Positions 1 through 18,000 of a stretch of 64,000 nt of DNA are shown piece by piece. The stretch lies in assembly GCA_964016885.1 (NCBI GenBank), contig OZ024747.1, positions 2,294,001 to 2,358,000 of the forward strand, given 5' to 3'. The stretch's first letter is position 1. Each line of letters starts with the position of its first letter. The position numbers were made by a program, and so were the translations under genes. The notes beneath the pieces were generated by a model that saw nothing but the letters and a program-made list of their open reading frames with translations, was not told the DNA's origin and did not search any database. This DNA is from Eledone cirrhosa. Its lineage: Eukaryota.

Positions 1-3000
1 TCATCATCATCACCAACACTATAAACAACAACACTCCATCATCATCATCAGCAACACTATAAACAACAATACTCCATCATCATCACCACCAACACTATAA
101 ACAACAACACTCCAGCATCATCATCACCACCAACACTATAAACAACAATACTCCATCATCATCACCACCAACACTATAAACAACAACACTCCAGCATCAT
201 CACCACCAACACTATAAACAACAACACTCCAGCATCATCACCACCAACACTATAAACAACAACACTCCATCATCATCATCACCAACACTATAAACAACAA
301 TACTCCATCATCATCATCACCAACACTATAAACAACAACACTCCAGCATCATCATCATCACCAACACTATAAACAACAATACTCCATCATCATCACCACC
401 AACACTATAAACAACAACACTCCAGCATCATCACCACCAACACTATAAACAACAACACTCCATCATCATCATCACCAACACTATAAACAACAATACTCCA
501 TCATCATCATCACCAACACTATAAACAACAACACTCCAGCATCATCATCATCACCAACACTATAAACAACAACACTCCATCATCATCATCACCAACACTA
601 TAAACAACAATACTCCATCATCATCATCACCACCAACACTATAAACAACAACACTCCAGCATCATCATCATCACCAACACTATAAACAACAACACTCCAT
701 CATCATCATCACCACCAACACTATAAACAACAACACTCCATCATCATCATCACCAACACTATAAACAACAATACTCCATCATCATCACCACCAACACTAT
801 AAACAACAACACTCCAGCATCATCATCATCACCAACACTATAAACAACAATACTCCATCATCATCACCACCAACACTATAAACAACAATACTCCATCATC
901 ATCATCACCACCAACACTATAAACAACAACACTCCATCATCATCATCACCAACACTATAAACAACAATACTCCATCATCATCACCACCAACACTATAAAC
1001 AACAACACTCCATCATCATCATCACCACCAACACTATAAACAACAACACTCCATCATCATCATCACCAACACTATAAACAACAATACTCCATCATCATCA
1101 CCACCAACACTATAAACAACAACACTCCAGCATCATCATCATCACCAACACTATAAACAACAATACTCCATCATCATCATCAGCAACACTATAAACAACA
1201 ATACTCCATCATCATCACCACCAACACTATAAACAACAACACTCCAGCATCATCATCATCACCAACACTATAAACAACAATACTCCATCATCATCACCAC
1301 CAACACTATAAACAACAATACTCCATCATCATCATCACCACCAACACTATAAACAACAACACTCCATCATCATCATCACCAACACTATAAACAACAATAC
1401 TCCATCATCATCACCACCAACACTATAAACAACAACACTCCATCATCATCATCACCACCAACACTATAAACAACAACACTCCATCATCATCATCACCAAC
1501 ACTATAAACAACAATACTCCATCATCATCACCACCAACACTATAAACAACAATACTCCATCATCATCATCACCAACACTATAAACAACAATACTCCATCA
1601 TCATCATCAGCAACACTATAAACAACAATACTCCATCATCATCACCACCAACACTATAAACAACAACACTCCAGCATCATCATCATCACCAACACTATAA
1701 ACAACAATACTCCATCATCATCACCACCAACACTATAAACAACAATACTCCATCATCATCACCACCAACACTATAAACAACAATACTCCATCATCATCAT
1801 CACCAACACTATAAACAACAATACTCCATCATCATCACCACCAACACTATAAACAACAATACTCCATCATCATCACCACCAACACTATAAACAACAACAC
1901 TCCAGCATCATCATCATCACCAACACTATAAACAACAACACTCCAGCATCATCATCATCACCAACACTATAAACAACAACACTCCAGCATCATCATCATC
2001 ACCAACACTATAAACAACAATACTCCATCATCATCACCACCAACACTATAAACAACAATACTCCATCATCATCACCACCAACACTATAAACAACAATACT
2101 CCATCATCATCACCACCAACACTATAAACAACAACACTCCAGCATCATCATCACCAACACTATAAACAACAACACTCCAGCATCATCATCATCACCAACA
2201 CTATAAACAACAATACTCCATCATCATCACCACCAACACTATAAACAACAATACTCCATCATCATCACCACCAACACTATAAACAACAATACTCCATCAT
2301 CATCACCACCAACACTATAAACAACAATACTCCATCATCATCACCACCAACACTATAAACAACAATACTCCATCATCATCACCACCAACACTATAAACAA
2401 CAATACTCCATCATCATCACCACCAACACTATAAACAACAACACTCCAGCATCATCATCACCAACACTATAAACAACAACACTCCAGCATCATCATCATC
2501 ACCAACACTATAAACAACAATACTCCATCATCATCACCACCAACACTATAAACAACAATACTCCATCATCATCACCACCAACACTATAAACAACAACACT
2601 CCATCATCATCATCACCAACACTATAAACAACAACACTCCAGCATCATCATCATCACCAACACTATAAACAACAATACTCCATCATCATCATCACCAACA
2701 CTATAAACAACAATACTCCATCATCATCACCACCAACACTATAAACAACAATACTCCATCATCATCACCACCAACACTATAAACAACAACACTCCAGCAT
2801 CATCATCACCAACACTATAAACAACAACACTCCAGCATCATCATCATCACCAACACTATAAACAACAATACTCCATCATCATCATCACCAACACTATAAA
2901 CAACAATACTCCATCATCATCACCACCAACACTATAAACAACAATACTCCATCATCATCATCACCAACACTATAAACAACAACACTCCAGCATCATCATC

Positions 3001-6000
3001 ATCACCAACACTATAAACAACAACACTCCATCATCATCATCACCAACACTATAAACAACAACACTCCAGCATCATCATCATCACCAACACTATAAACAAC
3101 AATACTCCATCATCATCACCACCAACACTATAAACAACAACACTCCATCATCATCACCACCAACACTATAAACAACAATACTCCATCATCATCACCACCA
3201 ACACTATAAACAACAATACTCCATCATCATCACCACCAACACTATAAACAACAATACTCCATCATCATCACCACCAACACTATAAACAACAATACTCCAT
3301 CATCATCACCACCAACACTATAAACAACAATACTCCATCATCATCATCACCAACACTATAAACAACAATACTCCATCATCATCACCACCAACACTATAAA
3401 CAACAATACTCCATCATCATCATCACCAACACTATAAACAACAATACTCCATCATCATCATCACCAACACTATAAACAACAATACTCCATCATCATCATC
3501 AGCAACACTATAAACAACAATACTCCATCATCATCATCACCAACACTATAAACAACAATACTCCATCATCATCATCAGCAACACTATAAACAACAATACT
3601 CCATCATCATCACCACCAACACTATAAACAACAATACTCCATCATCATCATCACCAACACTATAAACAACAACACTCCAGCATCATCATCACCACCAACA
3701 CTATAAACAACAATACTCCATCATCATCACCACCAACACCATAAACAACAATACTCCATCATCATCATCAGCAACACTATAAACAACAATACTCCATCAT
3801 CATCATCAGCAACACTATAAACAACAATACTCCATCATCATCACCACCAACACTATAAACAACAATACTCCATCATCATCATCACCAACACTATAAACAA
3901 CAATACTCCAGCATCATCATCACCACCAACACTATAAACAACAATACTCCATCATCATCACCACCAACACTATAAACAACAATACTCCATCATCATCACC
4001 ACCAACACTATAAACAACAATACTCCATCATCATCACCACCAACACTATAAACAACAATACTCCATCATCATCACCACCAACACTATAAACAACAACACT
4101 CCATCATCATCATCACCACCAACACTATAAACAACAATACTCCATCATCATCATCAGCAACACTATAAACAACAATACTCCATCATCATCATCACCAACA
4201 CTATAAACAACAATACTCCATCATCATCATCAGCAACACTATAAACAACAATACTCCATCATCATCACCACCAACACTATAAACAACAATACTCCATCAT
4301 CATCATCACCAACACTATAAACAACAATACTCCATCATCATCACCACCAACACTATAAACAACAATACTCCATCATCATCATCAGCAACACTATAAACAA
4401 CAATACTCCATCATCATCATCAGCAACACTATAAACAACAATACTCCATCATCATCACCACCAACACTATAAACAACAATACTCCATCATCATCACCACC
4501 AACACTATAAACAACAACACTCCATCATCATCATCAGCAACACTATAAACAACAATACTCCATCATCATCACCACCAACACTATAAACAACAATACTCCA
4601 TCATCATCACCACCAACACTATAAACAACAATACTCCATCATCATCACCACCAACACTATAAACAACAATACTCCATCATCATCACCACCAACACTATAA
4701 ACAACAACACTCCATCATCATCATCAGCAACACTATAAACAACAATACTCCATCATCATCATCAGCAACACTATAAACAACAATACTCCATCATCATCAC
4801 CACCAACACTATAAACAACAATACTCCATCATCATCATCAGCAACACTATAAACAACAATACTCCATCATCATCATCACCAACACTATAAACAACAATAC
4901 TCCATCATCATCACCACCAACACTATAAACAACAATACTCCATCATCATCACCACCAACACTATAAACAACAATACTCCATCATCATCACCACCAACACT
5001 ATAAACAACAACACTCCATCATCATCATCAGCAACACTATAAACAACAATACTCCATCATCATCATCAGCAACACTATAAACAACAATACTCCATCATCA
5101 TCACCACCAACACTATAAACAACAACACTCCATCATCATCATCACCACCAACACTATAAACAACAATACTCCATCATCATCATCACCACCAACACTATAA
5201 ACAACAATACTCCATCATCATCACCACCAACACTATAAACAACAATACTCCATCATCATCACCACCAACACTATAAACAACAATACTCCATCATCATCAC
5301 CACCAACACTATAAACAACAATACTCCATCATCATCACCACCAACACTATAAACAACAATACTCCATCATCATCACCACCAACACTATAAACAACAACAC
5401 TCCATCATCATCATCAGCAACACTATAAACAACAATACTCCATCATCATCATCAGCAACACTATAAACAACAATACTCCATCATCATCACCACCAACACT
5501 ATAAACAACAATACTCCATCATCATCACCACCAACACTATAAACAACAATACTCCATCATCATCACCACCAACACTATAAACAACAACACTCCATCATCA
5601 TCACCACCAACACTATAAACAACAATACTCCATCATCATCACCACCAACACTATAAACAACAATACTCCATCATCATCACCACCAACACTATAAACAACA
5701 ATACTCCATCATCATCACCACCAACACTATAAACAACAATACTCCATCATCATCACCACCAACACTATAAACAACAATACTCCATCATCATCATCACCAC
5801 CAACACTATAAACAACAATACTCCATCATCATCACCACCAACACTATAAACAACAATACTCCATCATCATCACCACCAACACTATAAACAACAATACTCC
5901 ATCATCATCACCACCAACACTATAAACAACAATACTCCATCATCATCACCACCAACACTATAAACAACAATACTCCATCATCATCATCAGCAACACTATA

Positions 6001-9000
6001 AACAACAATACTCCATCATCATCACCACCAACACTATAAACAACAATACTCCATCATCATCACCACCAACACTATAAACAACAATACTCCATCATCATCA
6101 CCACCAACACTATAAACAACAATACTCCATCATCATCATCAGCAACACTATAAACAACAATACTCCATCATCATCATCAGCAACACTATAAACAACAATA
6201 CTCCATCATCATCACCACCAACACTATAAACAACAATACTCCATCATCATCACCACCAACACTATAAACAACAATACTCCATCATCATCACCACCAACAC
6301 TATAAACAACAATACTCCATCATCATCATCAGCAACACTATAAACAACAATACTCCATCATCATCACCACCAACACTATAAACAACAATACTCCATCATC
6401 ATCACCACCAACACTATAAACAACAATACTCCATCATCATCACCACCAACACTATAAACAACAATACTCCATCATCATCACCACCAACACTATAAACAAC
6501 AATACTCCATCATCATCATCAGCAACACTATAAACAACAATACTCCATCATCATCACCACCAACACTATAAACAACAATACTCCATCATCATCACCACCA
6601 ACACTATAAACAACAATACTCCATCATCATCACCACCAACACTATAAACAACAATACTCCATCATCATCACCACCAACACTATAAACAACAATACTCCAT
6701 CATCATCACCACCAACACTATAAACAACAATACTCCATCATCATCATCACCAACACTATAAACAACAATACTCCATCATCATCACCACCAACACTATAAA
6801 CAACAATACTCCATCATCATCACCACCAACACTATAAACAACAATACTCCATCATCATCACCACCAACACTATAAACAACAATACTCCATCATCATCACC
6901 ACCAACACTATAAACAACAATACTCCATCATCATCACCACCAACACTATAAACAACAATACTCCATCATCATCACCACCAACACTATAAACAACAATACT
7001 CCATCATCATCACCACCAACACTATAAACAACAATACTCCATCATCATCACCACCAACACTATAAACAACAATACTCCATCATCATCACCACCAACACTA
7101 TAAACAACAATACTCCATCATCATCACCACCAACACTATAAACAACAATACTCCATCATCATCACCACCAACACTATAAACAACAATACTCCATCATCAT
7201 CATCAGCAACACTATAAACAACAATACTCCATCATCATCACCACCAACACTATAAACAACAATACTCCATCATCATCATCACCAACACTATAAACAACAA
7301 CACTCAGCATCATCATCACCACCAACACTATAAACAACAATACTCCATCATCATCACCACCAACACTATAAACAACAATACTCCATCATCATCATCAGCC
7401 AACACTATAAACAACAATACTCCATCATCATCATCAGCAACACTATAAACAACAATACTCCATCATCATCACCACCAACACTATAAACAACAATACTCCA
7501 TCATCATCACCACCAACACTATAAACAACAATACTCCATCATCATCACCACCAACACTATAAACAACAATACTCCATCATCATCACCACAACACTATAAA
7601 CAACAATACTCCATCATCATCACCACCAACACTATAAACAACAATACTCCATCATCATCATCACCAACACTATAAACAACAATACTCCATCATCATCACC
7701 ACCAACACTATAAACAACAATACTCCATCATCATCACCACCAACACTATAAACAACAATACTCCATCATCATCACCACCAACACTATAAACAACAATACT
7801 CCATCATCATCACCACCAACACTATAAACAACAATACTCCATCATCATCATCAGCAACACTATAAACAACAATACTCCATCATCATCACCACCAACACTA
7901 TAAACAACAATACTCCATCATCATCACCACCAACACTATAAACAACAATACTCCATCATCATCATCACCAACACTATAAACAACAACACTCCAGCATCAT
8001 CATCACCACCAACACTATAAACAACAATACTCCATCATCATCACCACCAACACTATAAACAACAATACTCCATCATCATCACCACCAACACTATAAACAA
8101 CAATACTCCATCATCATCACCACCAACACTATAAACAACAATACTCCATCATCATCATCAGCAACACTATAAACAACAATACTCCATCATCATCACCACC
8201 AACACTATAAACAACAATACTCCATCATCATCACCACCAACACTATAAACAACAATACTCCATCATCATCATCACCAACACTATAAACAACAACACTCCA
8301 GCATCATCATCACCACCAACACTATAAACAACAATACTCCATCATCATCACCACCAACACTATAAACAACAATACTCCATCATCATCACCACCAACACTA
8401 TAAACAACAATACTCCATCATCATCACCACCAACACTATAAACAACAATACTCCATCATCATCACCACCAACACTATAAACAACAATACTCCATCATCAT
8501 CACCACCAACACTATAAACAACAATACTCCATCATCATCACCACCAACACTATAAACAACAATACTCCATCATCATCACCACCAACACTATAAACAACAA
8601 TACTCCATCATCATCATCACCAACACTATAAACAACAACACTCCAGCATCATCATCACCAACACTATAAACAACAATACTCCATCATCATCATCAGCAAC
8701 ACTATAAACAACAATACTCCATCATCATCATCACCAACACTATAAACAACAATACTCCATCATCATCACCACCAACACTATAAACAACAATACTCCATCA
8801 TCATCATCACCAACACTATAAACAACAACACTCCAGCATCATCATCACCACCAACACTATAAACAACAATACTCCATCATCATCACCACCAACACTATAA
8901 ACAACAATACTCCATCATCATCATCAGCAACACTATAAACAACAATACTCCATCATCATCATCACCAACACTATAAACAACAATACTCCATCATCATCAC

Positions 9001-12000
9001 CACCAACACTATAAACAACAATACTCCATCATCATCATCACCAACACTATAAACAACAACACTCCAGCATCATCATCACCACCAACACTATAAACAACAA
9101 TACTCCATCATCATCATCAGCAACACTATAAACAACAATACTCCATCATCATCATCACCAACACTATAAACAACAACACTCCAGCATCATCATCACCACC
9201 AACACTATAAACAACAATACTCCATCATCATCATCACCAACACTATAAACAACAATACTCCATCATCATCATCAGCAACACTATAAACAACAATACTCCA
9301 TCATCATCATCACCAACACTATAAACAACAACACTCCAGCATCATCATCACCACCAACACTATAAACAACAATACTCCATCATCATCATCACCAACACTA
9401 TAAACAACAATACTCCATCATCATCATCACCAACACTATAAACAACAACACTCCAGCATCATCATCACCACCAACACTATAAACAACAATACTCCATCAT
9501 CATCATCACCAACACTATAAACAACAATACTCCATCATCATCATCACCAACACTATAAACAACAACACTCCAGCATCATCATCACCACCAACACTATAAA
9601 CAACAATACTCCATCATCATCACCACCAACACTATAAACAACAATACTCCATCATCATCACCACCAACACTATAAACAACAATACTCCATCATCATCATC
9701 ACCAACACTATAAACAACAATACTCCATCATCATCACCACCAACACTATAAACAACAATACTCCATCATCATCATCAGCAACACTATAAACAACAATACT
9801 CCATCATCATCATCACCAACACTATAAACAACAACACTCCAGCATCATCATCACCACCAACACTATAAACAACAATACTCCATCATCATCACCACCAACA
9901 CTATAAACAACAATACTCCACCATCATCACCACCAACACTATAAACAACAATACTCCATCATCATCATCAGCAACACTATAAACAACAATACTCCATCAT
10001 CATCATCACCAACACTATAAACAACAACACTCCAGCATCATCATCACCACCAACACTATAAACAACAATACTCCACCATCATCACCACCAACACTATAAA
10101 CAACAATACTCCATCATCATCACCACCAACACTATAAACAACAATACTCCACCATCATCACCACCAACACTATAAACAACAATACTCCATCATCATCATC
10201 ACCAACACTATAAACAACAATACTCCATCATCATCACCACCAACACTATAAACAACAATACTCCATCATCATCATCAGCAACACTATAAACAACAATACT
10301 CCATCATCATCATCACCAACACTATAAACAACAACACTCCAGCATCATCATCACCACCAACACTATAAACAACAATACTCCATCATCATCACCACCAACA
10401 CTATAAACAACAATACTCCACCATCATCACCACCAACACTATAAACAACAATACTCCACCATCATCACCACCAACACTATAAACAACAATACTCCATCAT
10501 CATCACCACCAACACTATAAACAACAATACTCCACCATCATCACCACCAACACTATAAACAACAATACTCCATCATCATCATCACCAACACTATAAACAA
10601 CAATACTCCACCATCATCACCACCAACACTATAAACAACAATACTCCATCATCATCATCAGCAACACTATAAACAACAACACTCCATCATCATCATCAGC
10701 AACACTATAAACAACAATACTCCATCATCATCATCACCAACACTATAAACAACAATACTCCATCATCATCATCACCAACACTATAAACAACAATACTCCA
10801 TCATCATCATCACCAACACTATAAACAACAATACTCCATCATCATCATCAGCAACACTATAAACAACAATACTCCATCATCATCACCACCAACACTATAA
10901 ACAACAATACTCCATCATCATCACCACCAACACTATAAACAACAATACTCCATCATCATCATCACCAACACTATAAACAACAACACTCCAGCATCATCAT
11001 CACCAACACTATAAACAACAATACTCCATCATCATCACCACCAACACTATAAACAACAACACTCCAGCATCATCATCACCAACACTATAAACAACAACAC
11101 TCCAGCATCATCATCACCAACACTATAAACAACAACACTCCAGCATCATCATCACCACCAACACTATAAACAACAATACTCCATCATCATCATCACCAAC
11201 ACTATAAACAACAACACTCCAGCATCATCATCACCAACACTATAAACAACAATACTCCATCATCATCACCACCAACACTATAAACAACAACACTCCAGCA
11301 TCATCATCACCAACACTATAAACAACAACACTCCAGCATCATCATCACCAACACTATAAACAACAACACTCCAGCATCATCATCACCACCAACACTATAA
11401 ACAACAACACTCCAGCATCATCACCACCAACACTATAAACAACAACACTCCAGCATCATCATCACCAACACTATAAACAACAACACTCCATCATCATCAT
11501 CACCAACACTATAAACAACAACACTCCAGCATCATCATCACCACCAACACTATAAACAACAATACTCCATCATCATCATCAGCAACACTATAAACAACAA
11601 TACTCCATCATCATCATCACCAACACTATAAACAACAATACTCCATCATCATCACCACCAACACTATAAACAACAATACTCCATCATCATCATCACCAAC
11701 ACTATAAACAACAACACTCCAGCATCATCATCACCAACACTATAAACAACAATACTCCATCATCATCACCACCAACACTATAAACAACAATACTCCATCA
11801 TCATCATCACCAACACTATAAACAACAACACTCCAGCATCATCATCACCACCAACACTATAAACAACAATACTCCATCATCATCATCAGCAACACTATAA
11901 ACAACAATACTCCATCATCATCATCACCAACACTATAAACAACAATACTCCATCATCATCATCACCAACACTATAAACAACAACACTCCAGCATCATCAT

Positions 12001-15000
12001 CACCACCAACACTATAAACAACAATACTCCATCATCATCATCACCAACACTATAAACAACAACACTCCAGCATCATCATCACCACCAACACTATAAACAA
12101 CAATACTCCATCATCATCACCACCAACACTATAAACAACAATACTCCATCATCATCATCACCAACACTATAAACAACAACACTCCAGCATCATCATCACC
12201 AACACTATAAACAACAATACTCCATCATCATCACCACCAACACTATAAACAACAACACTCCAGCATCATCATCACCAACACTATAAACAACAATACTCCA
12301 TCATCATCACCACCAACACTATAAACAACAATACTCCATCATCATCACCACCAACACTATAAACAACAATACTCCATCATCATCATCACCAACACTATAA
12401 ACAACAATACTCCATCATCATCACCACCAACACTATAAACAACAATACTCCATCATCATCACCACCAACACTATAAACAACAATACTCCATCATCATCAT
12501 CACCAACACTATAAACAACAACACTCCAGCATCATCATCACCACCAACACTATAAACAACAATACTCCATCATCATCATCAGCAACACTATAAACAACAA
12601 TACTCCATCATCATCATCACCAACACTATAAACAACAATACTCCATCATCATCACCACCAACACTATAAACAACAATACTCCATCATCATCATCACCAAC
12701 ACTATAAACAACAACACTCCAGCATCATCATCACCAACACTATAAACAACAATACTCCATCATCATCACCACCAACACTATAAACAACAATACTCCATCA
12801 TCATCATCACCAACACTATAAACAACAATACTCCATCATCATCACCACCAACACTATAAACAACAATACTCCATCATCATCATCACCAACACTATAAACA
12901 ACAATACTCCATCATCATCACCACCAACACTATAAACAACAATACTCCATCATCATCACCACCAACACTATAAACAACAATACTCCATCATCATCACCAC
13001 CAACACTATAAACAACAATACTCCATCATCATCATCACCAACACTATAAACAACAATACTCCATCATCATCACCACCAACACTATAAACAACAATACTCC
13101 ATCATCATCATCACCAACACTATAAACAACAATACTCCATCATCATCACCACCAACACTATAAACAACAATACTCCATCATCATCATCACCAACACTATA
13201 AACAACAATACTCCATCATCATCACCACCAACACTATAAACAACAATACTCCATCATCATCATCACCAACACTATAAACAACAATACTCCATCATCATCA
13301 TCACCAACACTATAAACAACAACACTCCAGCATCATCATCACCACCAACACTATAAACAACAATACTCCATCATCATCACCACCAACACTATAAACAACA
13401 ACACTCCAGCATCATCATCAGCAACACTATAAACAACAATACTCCATCATCATCACCACCAACACTATAAACAACAACACTCCAGCATCATCATCAGCAA
13501 CACTATAAACAACAATACTCCATCATCATCACCACCAACACTATAAACAACAATACTCCATCATCATCATCACCAACACTATAAACAACAATACTCCATC
13601 ATCATCACCACCAACACTATAAACAACAATACTCCATCATCATCATCACCAACACTATAAACAACAATACTCCATCATCATCATCACCAACACTATAAAC
13701 AACAATACTCCATCATCATCATCAGCAACACTATAAACAACAATACTCCATCATCATCATCACCAACACTATAAACAACAACACTCCAGCATCATCATCA
13801 CCACCAACACTATAAACAACAATACTCCATCATCATCACCACCAACACTATAAACAACAACACTCCAGCATCATCATCAGCAACACTATAAACAACAAAT
13901 ACTCCATCATCATCACCACCAACACTATAAACAACAATACTCCATCATCATCATCACCAACACTATAAACAACAATACTCCATCATCATCACCACCAACA
14001 CTATAAACAACAATACTCCATCATCATCATCACCAACACTATAAACAACAATACTCCATCATCATCACCACCAACACTATAAACAACAATACTCCATCAT
14101 CATCATCACCAACACTATAAACAACAACACTCCAGCATCATCATCACCACCAACACTATAAACAACAATACTCCATCATCATCACCACCAACACTATAAA
14201 CAACAACACTCCAGCATCATCATCAGCAACACTATAAACAACAATACTCCATCATCATCACCACCAACACTATAAACAACAACACTCCAGCATCATCATC
14301 ACCACCAACACTATAAACAACAATACTCCATCATCATCATCACCAACACTATAAACAACAATACTCCATCATCATCACCACCAACACTATAAACAACAAT
14401 ACTCCATCATCATCACCACCAACACTATAAACAACAACACTCCAGCATCATCATCAGCAACACTATAAACAACAATACTCCATCATCATCATCAGCAACA
14501 CTATAAACAACAACACTCCAGCATCATCATCAGCAACACTATAAACAACAATACTCCATCATCATCATCAGCAACACTATAAACAACAATACTCCATCAT
14601 CATCACCACCAACACTATAAACAACAATACTCCATCATCATCATCACCAACACTATAAACAACAATACTCCATCATCATCACCACCAACACTATAAACAA
14701 CAATACTCCATCATCATCACCACCAACACTATAAACAACAACACTCCAGCATCATCATCAGCAACACTATAAACAACAATACTCCATCATCATCACCACC
14801 AACACTATAAACAACAACACTCCAGCATCATCATCACCACCAACACTATAAACAACAATACTCCATCATCATCATCACCAACACTATAAACAACAATACT
14901 CCATCATCATCACCACCAACACTATAAACAACAATACTCCATCATCATCATCACCAACACTATAAACAACAATACTCCATCATCATCACCACCAACACTA

Positions 15001-18000
15001 TAAACAACAATACTCCATCATCATCACCACCAACACTATAAACAACAACACTCCAGCATCATCATCAGCAACACTATAAACAACAATACTCCATCATCAT
15101 CACCACCAACACTATAAACAACAACACTCCAGCATCATCATCAGCAACACTATAAACAACAATACTCCATCATCATCATCACCAACACTATAAACAACAA
15201 TACTCCATCATCATCACCACCAACACTATAAACAACAATACTCCATCATCATCATCACCAACACTATAAACAACAATACTCCATCATCATCACCACCAAC
15301 ACTATAAACAACAATACTCCATCATCATCACCACCAACACTATAAACAACAACACTCCAGCATCATCATCAGCAACACTATAAACAACAATACTCCATCA
15401 TCATCACCACCAACACTATAAACAACAACACTCCATCATCATCATCACCAACACTATAAACAACAATACTCCATCATCATCACCACCAACACTATAAACA
15501 ACAACACTCCAGCATCATCATCAGCAACACTATAAACAACAATACTCCATCATCATCACCACCAACACTATAAACAACAACACTCCAGCATCATCATCAC
15601 CACCAACACTATAAACAACAATACTCCATCATCATCATCACCAACACTATAAACAACAATACTCCATCATCATCACCACCAACACTATAAACAACAATAC
15701 TCCATCATCATCATCACCAACACTATAAACAACAATACTCCATCATCATCACCACCAACACTATAAACAACAATACTCCATCATCATCACCACCAACACT
15801 ATAAACAACAACACTCCAGCATCATCATCAGCAACACTATAAACAACAATACTCCATCATCATCACCACCAACACTATAAACAACAATACTCCATCATCA
15901 TCACCACCAACACTATAAACAACAATACTCCATCATCATCATCACCAACACTATAAACAACAACACTCCAGCATCATCATCACCACCAACACTATAAACA
16001 ACAATACTCCATCATCATCATCACCAACACTATAAACAACAACACTCCAGCATCATCATCACCACCAACACTATAAACAACAATACTCCATCATCATCAC
16101 CACCAACACTATAAACAACAATACTCCATCATCATCACCACCAACACTATAAACAACAACACTCCAGCATCATCATCAGCAACACTATAAACAACAATAC
16201 TCCATCATCATCACCACCAACACTATAAACAACAATACTCCATCATCATCACCACCAACACTATAAACAACAATACTCCATCATCATCACCACCAACACT
16301 ATAAACAACAATACTCCATCATCATCACCACCAACACTATAAACAACAATACTCCATCATCATCACCACCAACACTATAAACAACAATACTCCATCATCA
16401 TCATCACCAACACTATAAACAACAACACTCCAGCATCATCATCATCAGCAACACTATAAACAACAACACTCCATCATCATCATCACCAACACTATAAACA
16501 ACAATACTCCATCATCATCACCACCAACACTATAAACAACAATACTCCATCATCATCATCACCAACACTATAAACAACAACACTCCAGCATCATCATCAT
16601 CACCAACACTATAAACAACAACACTCCATCATCATCATCACCAACACTATAAACAACAATACTCCATCATCATCACCACCAACACTATAAACAACAATAC
16701 TCCAGCATCATCACCACCAACACTATAAACAACAATACTCCATCATCATCATCACCAACACTATAAACAACAACACTCCAGCATCATCATCACCACCAAC
16801 ACTATAAACAACAATACTCCATCATCATCATCACCAACACTATAAACAACAACACTCCAGCATCATCATCATCACCAACACTATAAACAACAATACTCCA
16901 TCATCATCACCACCAACACTATAAACAACAATACTCCATCATCATCATCAGCAACACTATAAACAACAATACTCCATCATCATCACCACCAACACTATAA
17001 ACAACAATACTCCATCATCATCACCACCAACACTATAAACAACAATACTCCATCATCATCATCACCAACACTATAAACAACAACACTCCAGCATCATCAT
17101 CACCACCAACACTATAAACAACAATACTCCATCATCATCATCAGCAACACTATAAACAACAATACTCCATCATCATCACCACCAACACTATAAACAACAA
17201 TACTCCATCATCATCACCACCAACACTATAAACAACAATACTCCATCATCATCACCACCAACACTATAAACAACAATACTCCATCATCATCACCACCAAC
17301 ACTATAAACAACAATACTCCATCATCATCATCACCAACACTATAAACAACAATACTCCATCATCATCATCACCAACACTATAAACAACAATACTCCATCA
17401 TCATCATCAGCAACACTATAAACAACAATACTCCATCATCATCATCACCAACACTATAAACAACAATACTCCATCATCATCATCAGCAACACTATAAACA
17501 ACAATACTCCAGCATCATCACCACCAACACTATAAACAACAATACTCCATCATCATCATCACCAACACTATAAACAACAATACTCCATCATCATCATCAG
17601 CAACACTATAAACAACAATACTCCATCATCATCATCAGCAACACTATAAACAACAATACTCCAGCATCATCACCACCAACACTATAAACAACAATACTCC
17701 ATCATCATCATCACCAACACTATAAACAACAATACTCCATCATCATCATCAGCAACACTATAAACAACAATACTCCATCATCATCACCACCAACACTATA
17801 AACAACAATACTCCATCATCATCACCACCAACACTATAAACAACAATACTCCATCATCATCATCACCAACACTATAAACAACAATACTCCATCATCATCA
17901 TCAGCAACACTATAAACAACAATACTCCAGCATCATCACCACCAACACTATAAACAACAATACTCCATCATCATCATCACCAACACTATAAACAACAATA

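Noticed and set aside
7300-13900. Single-base indel units at ~7305, ~7399, ~7590 and ~13898
   Set aside because: Isolated homopolymer-type changes, most likely sequencing or consensus errors
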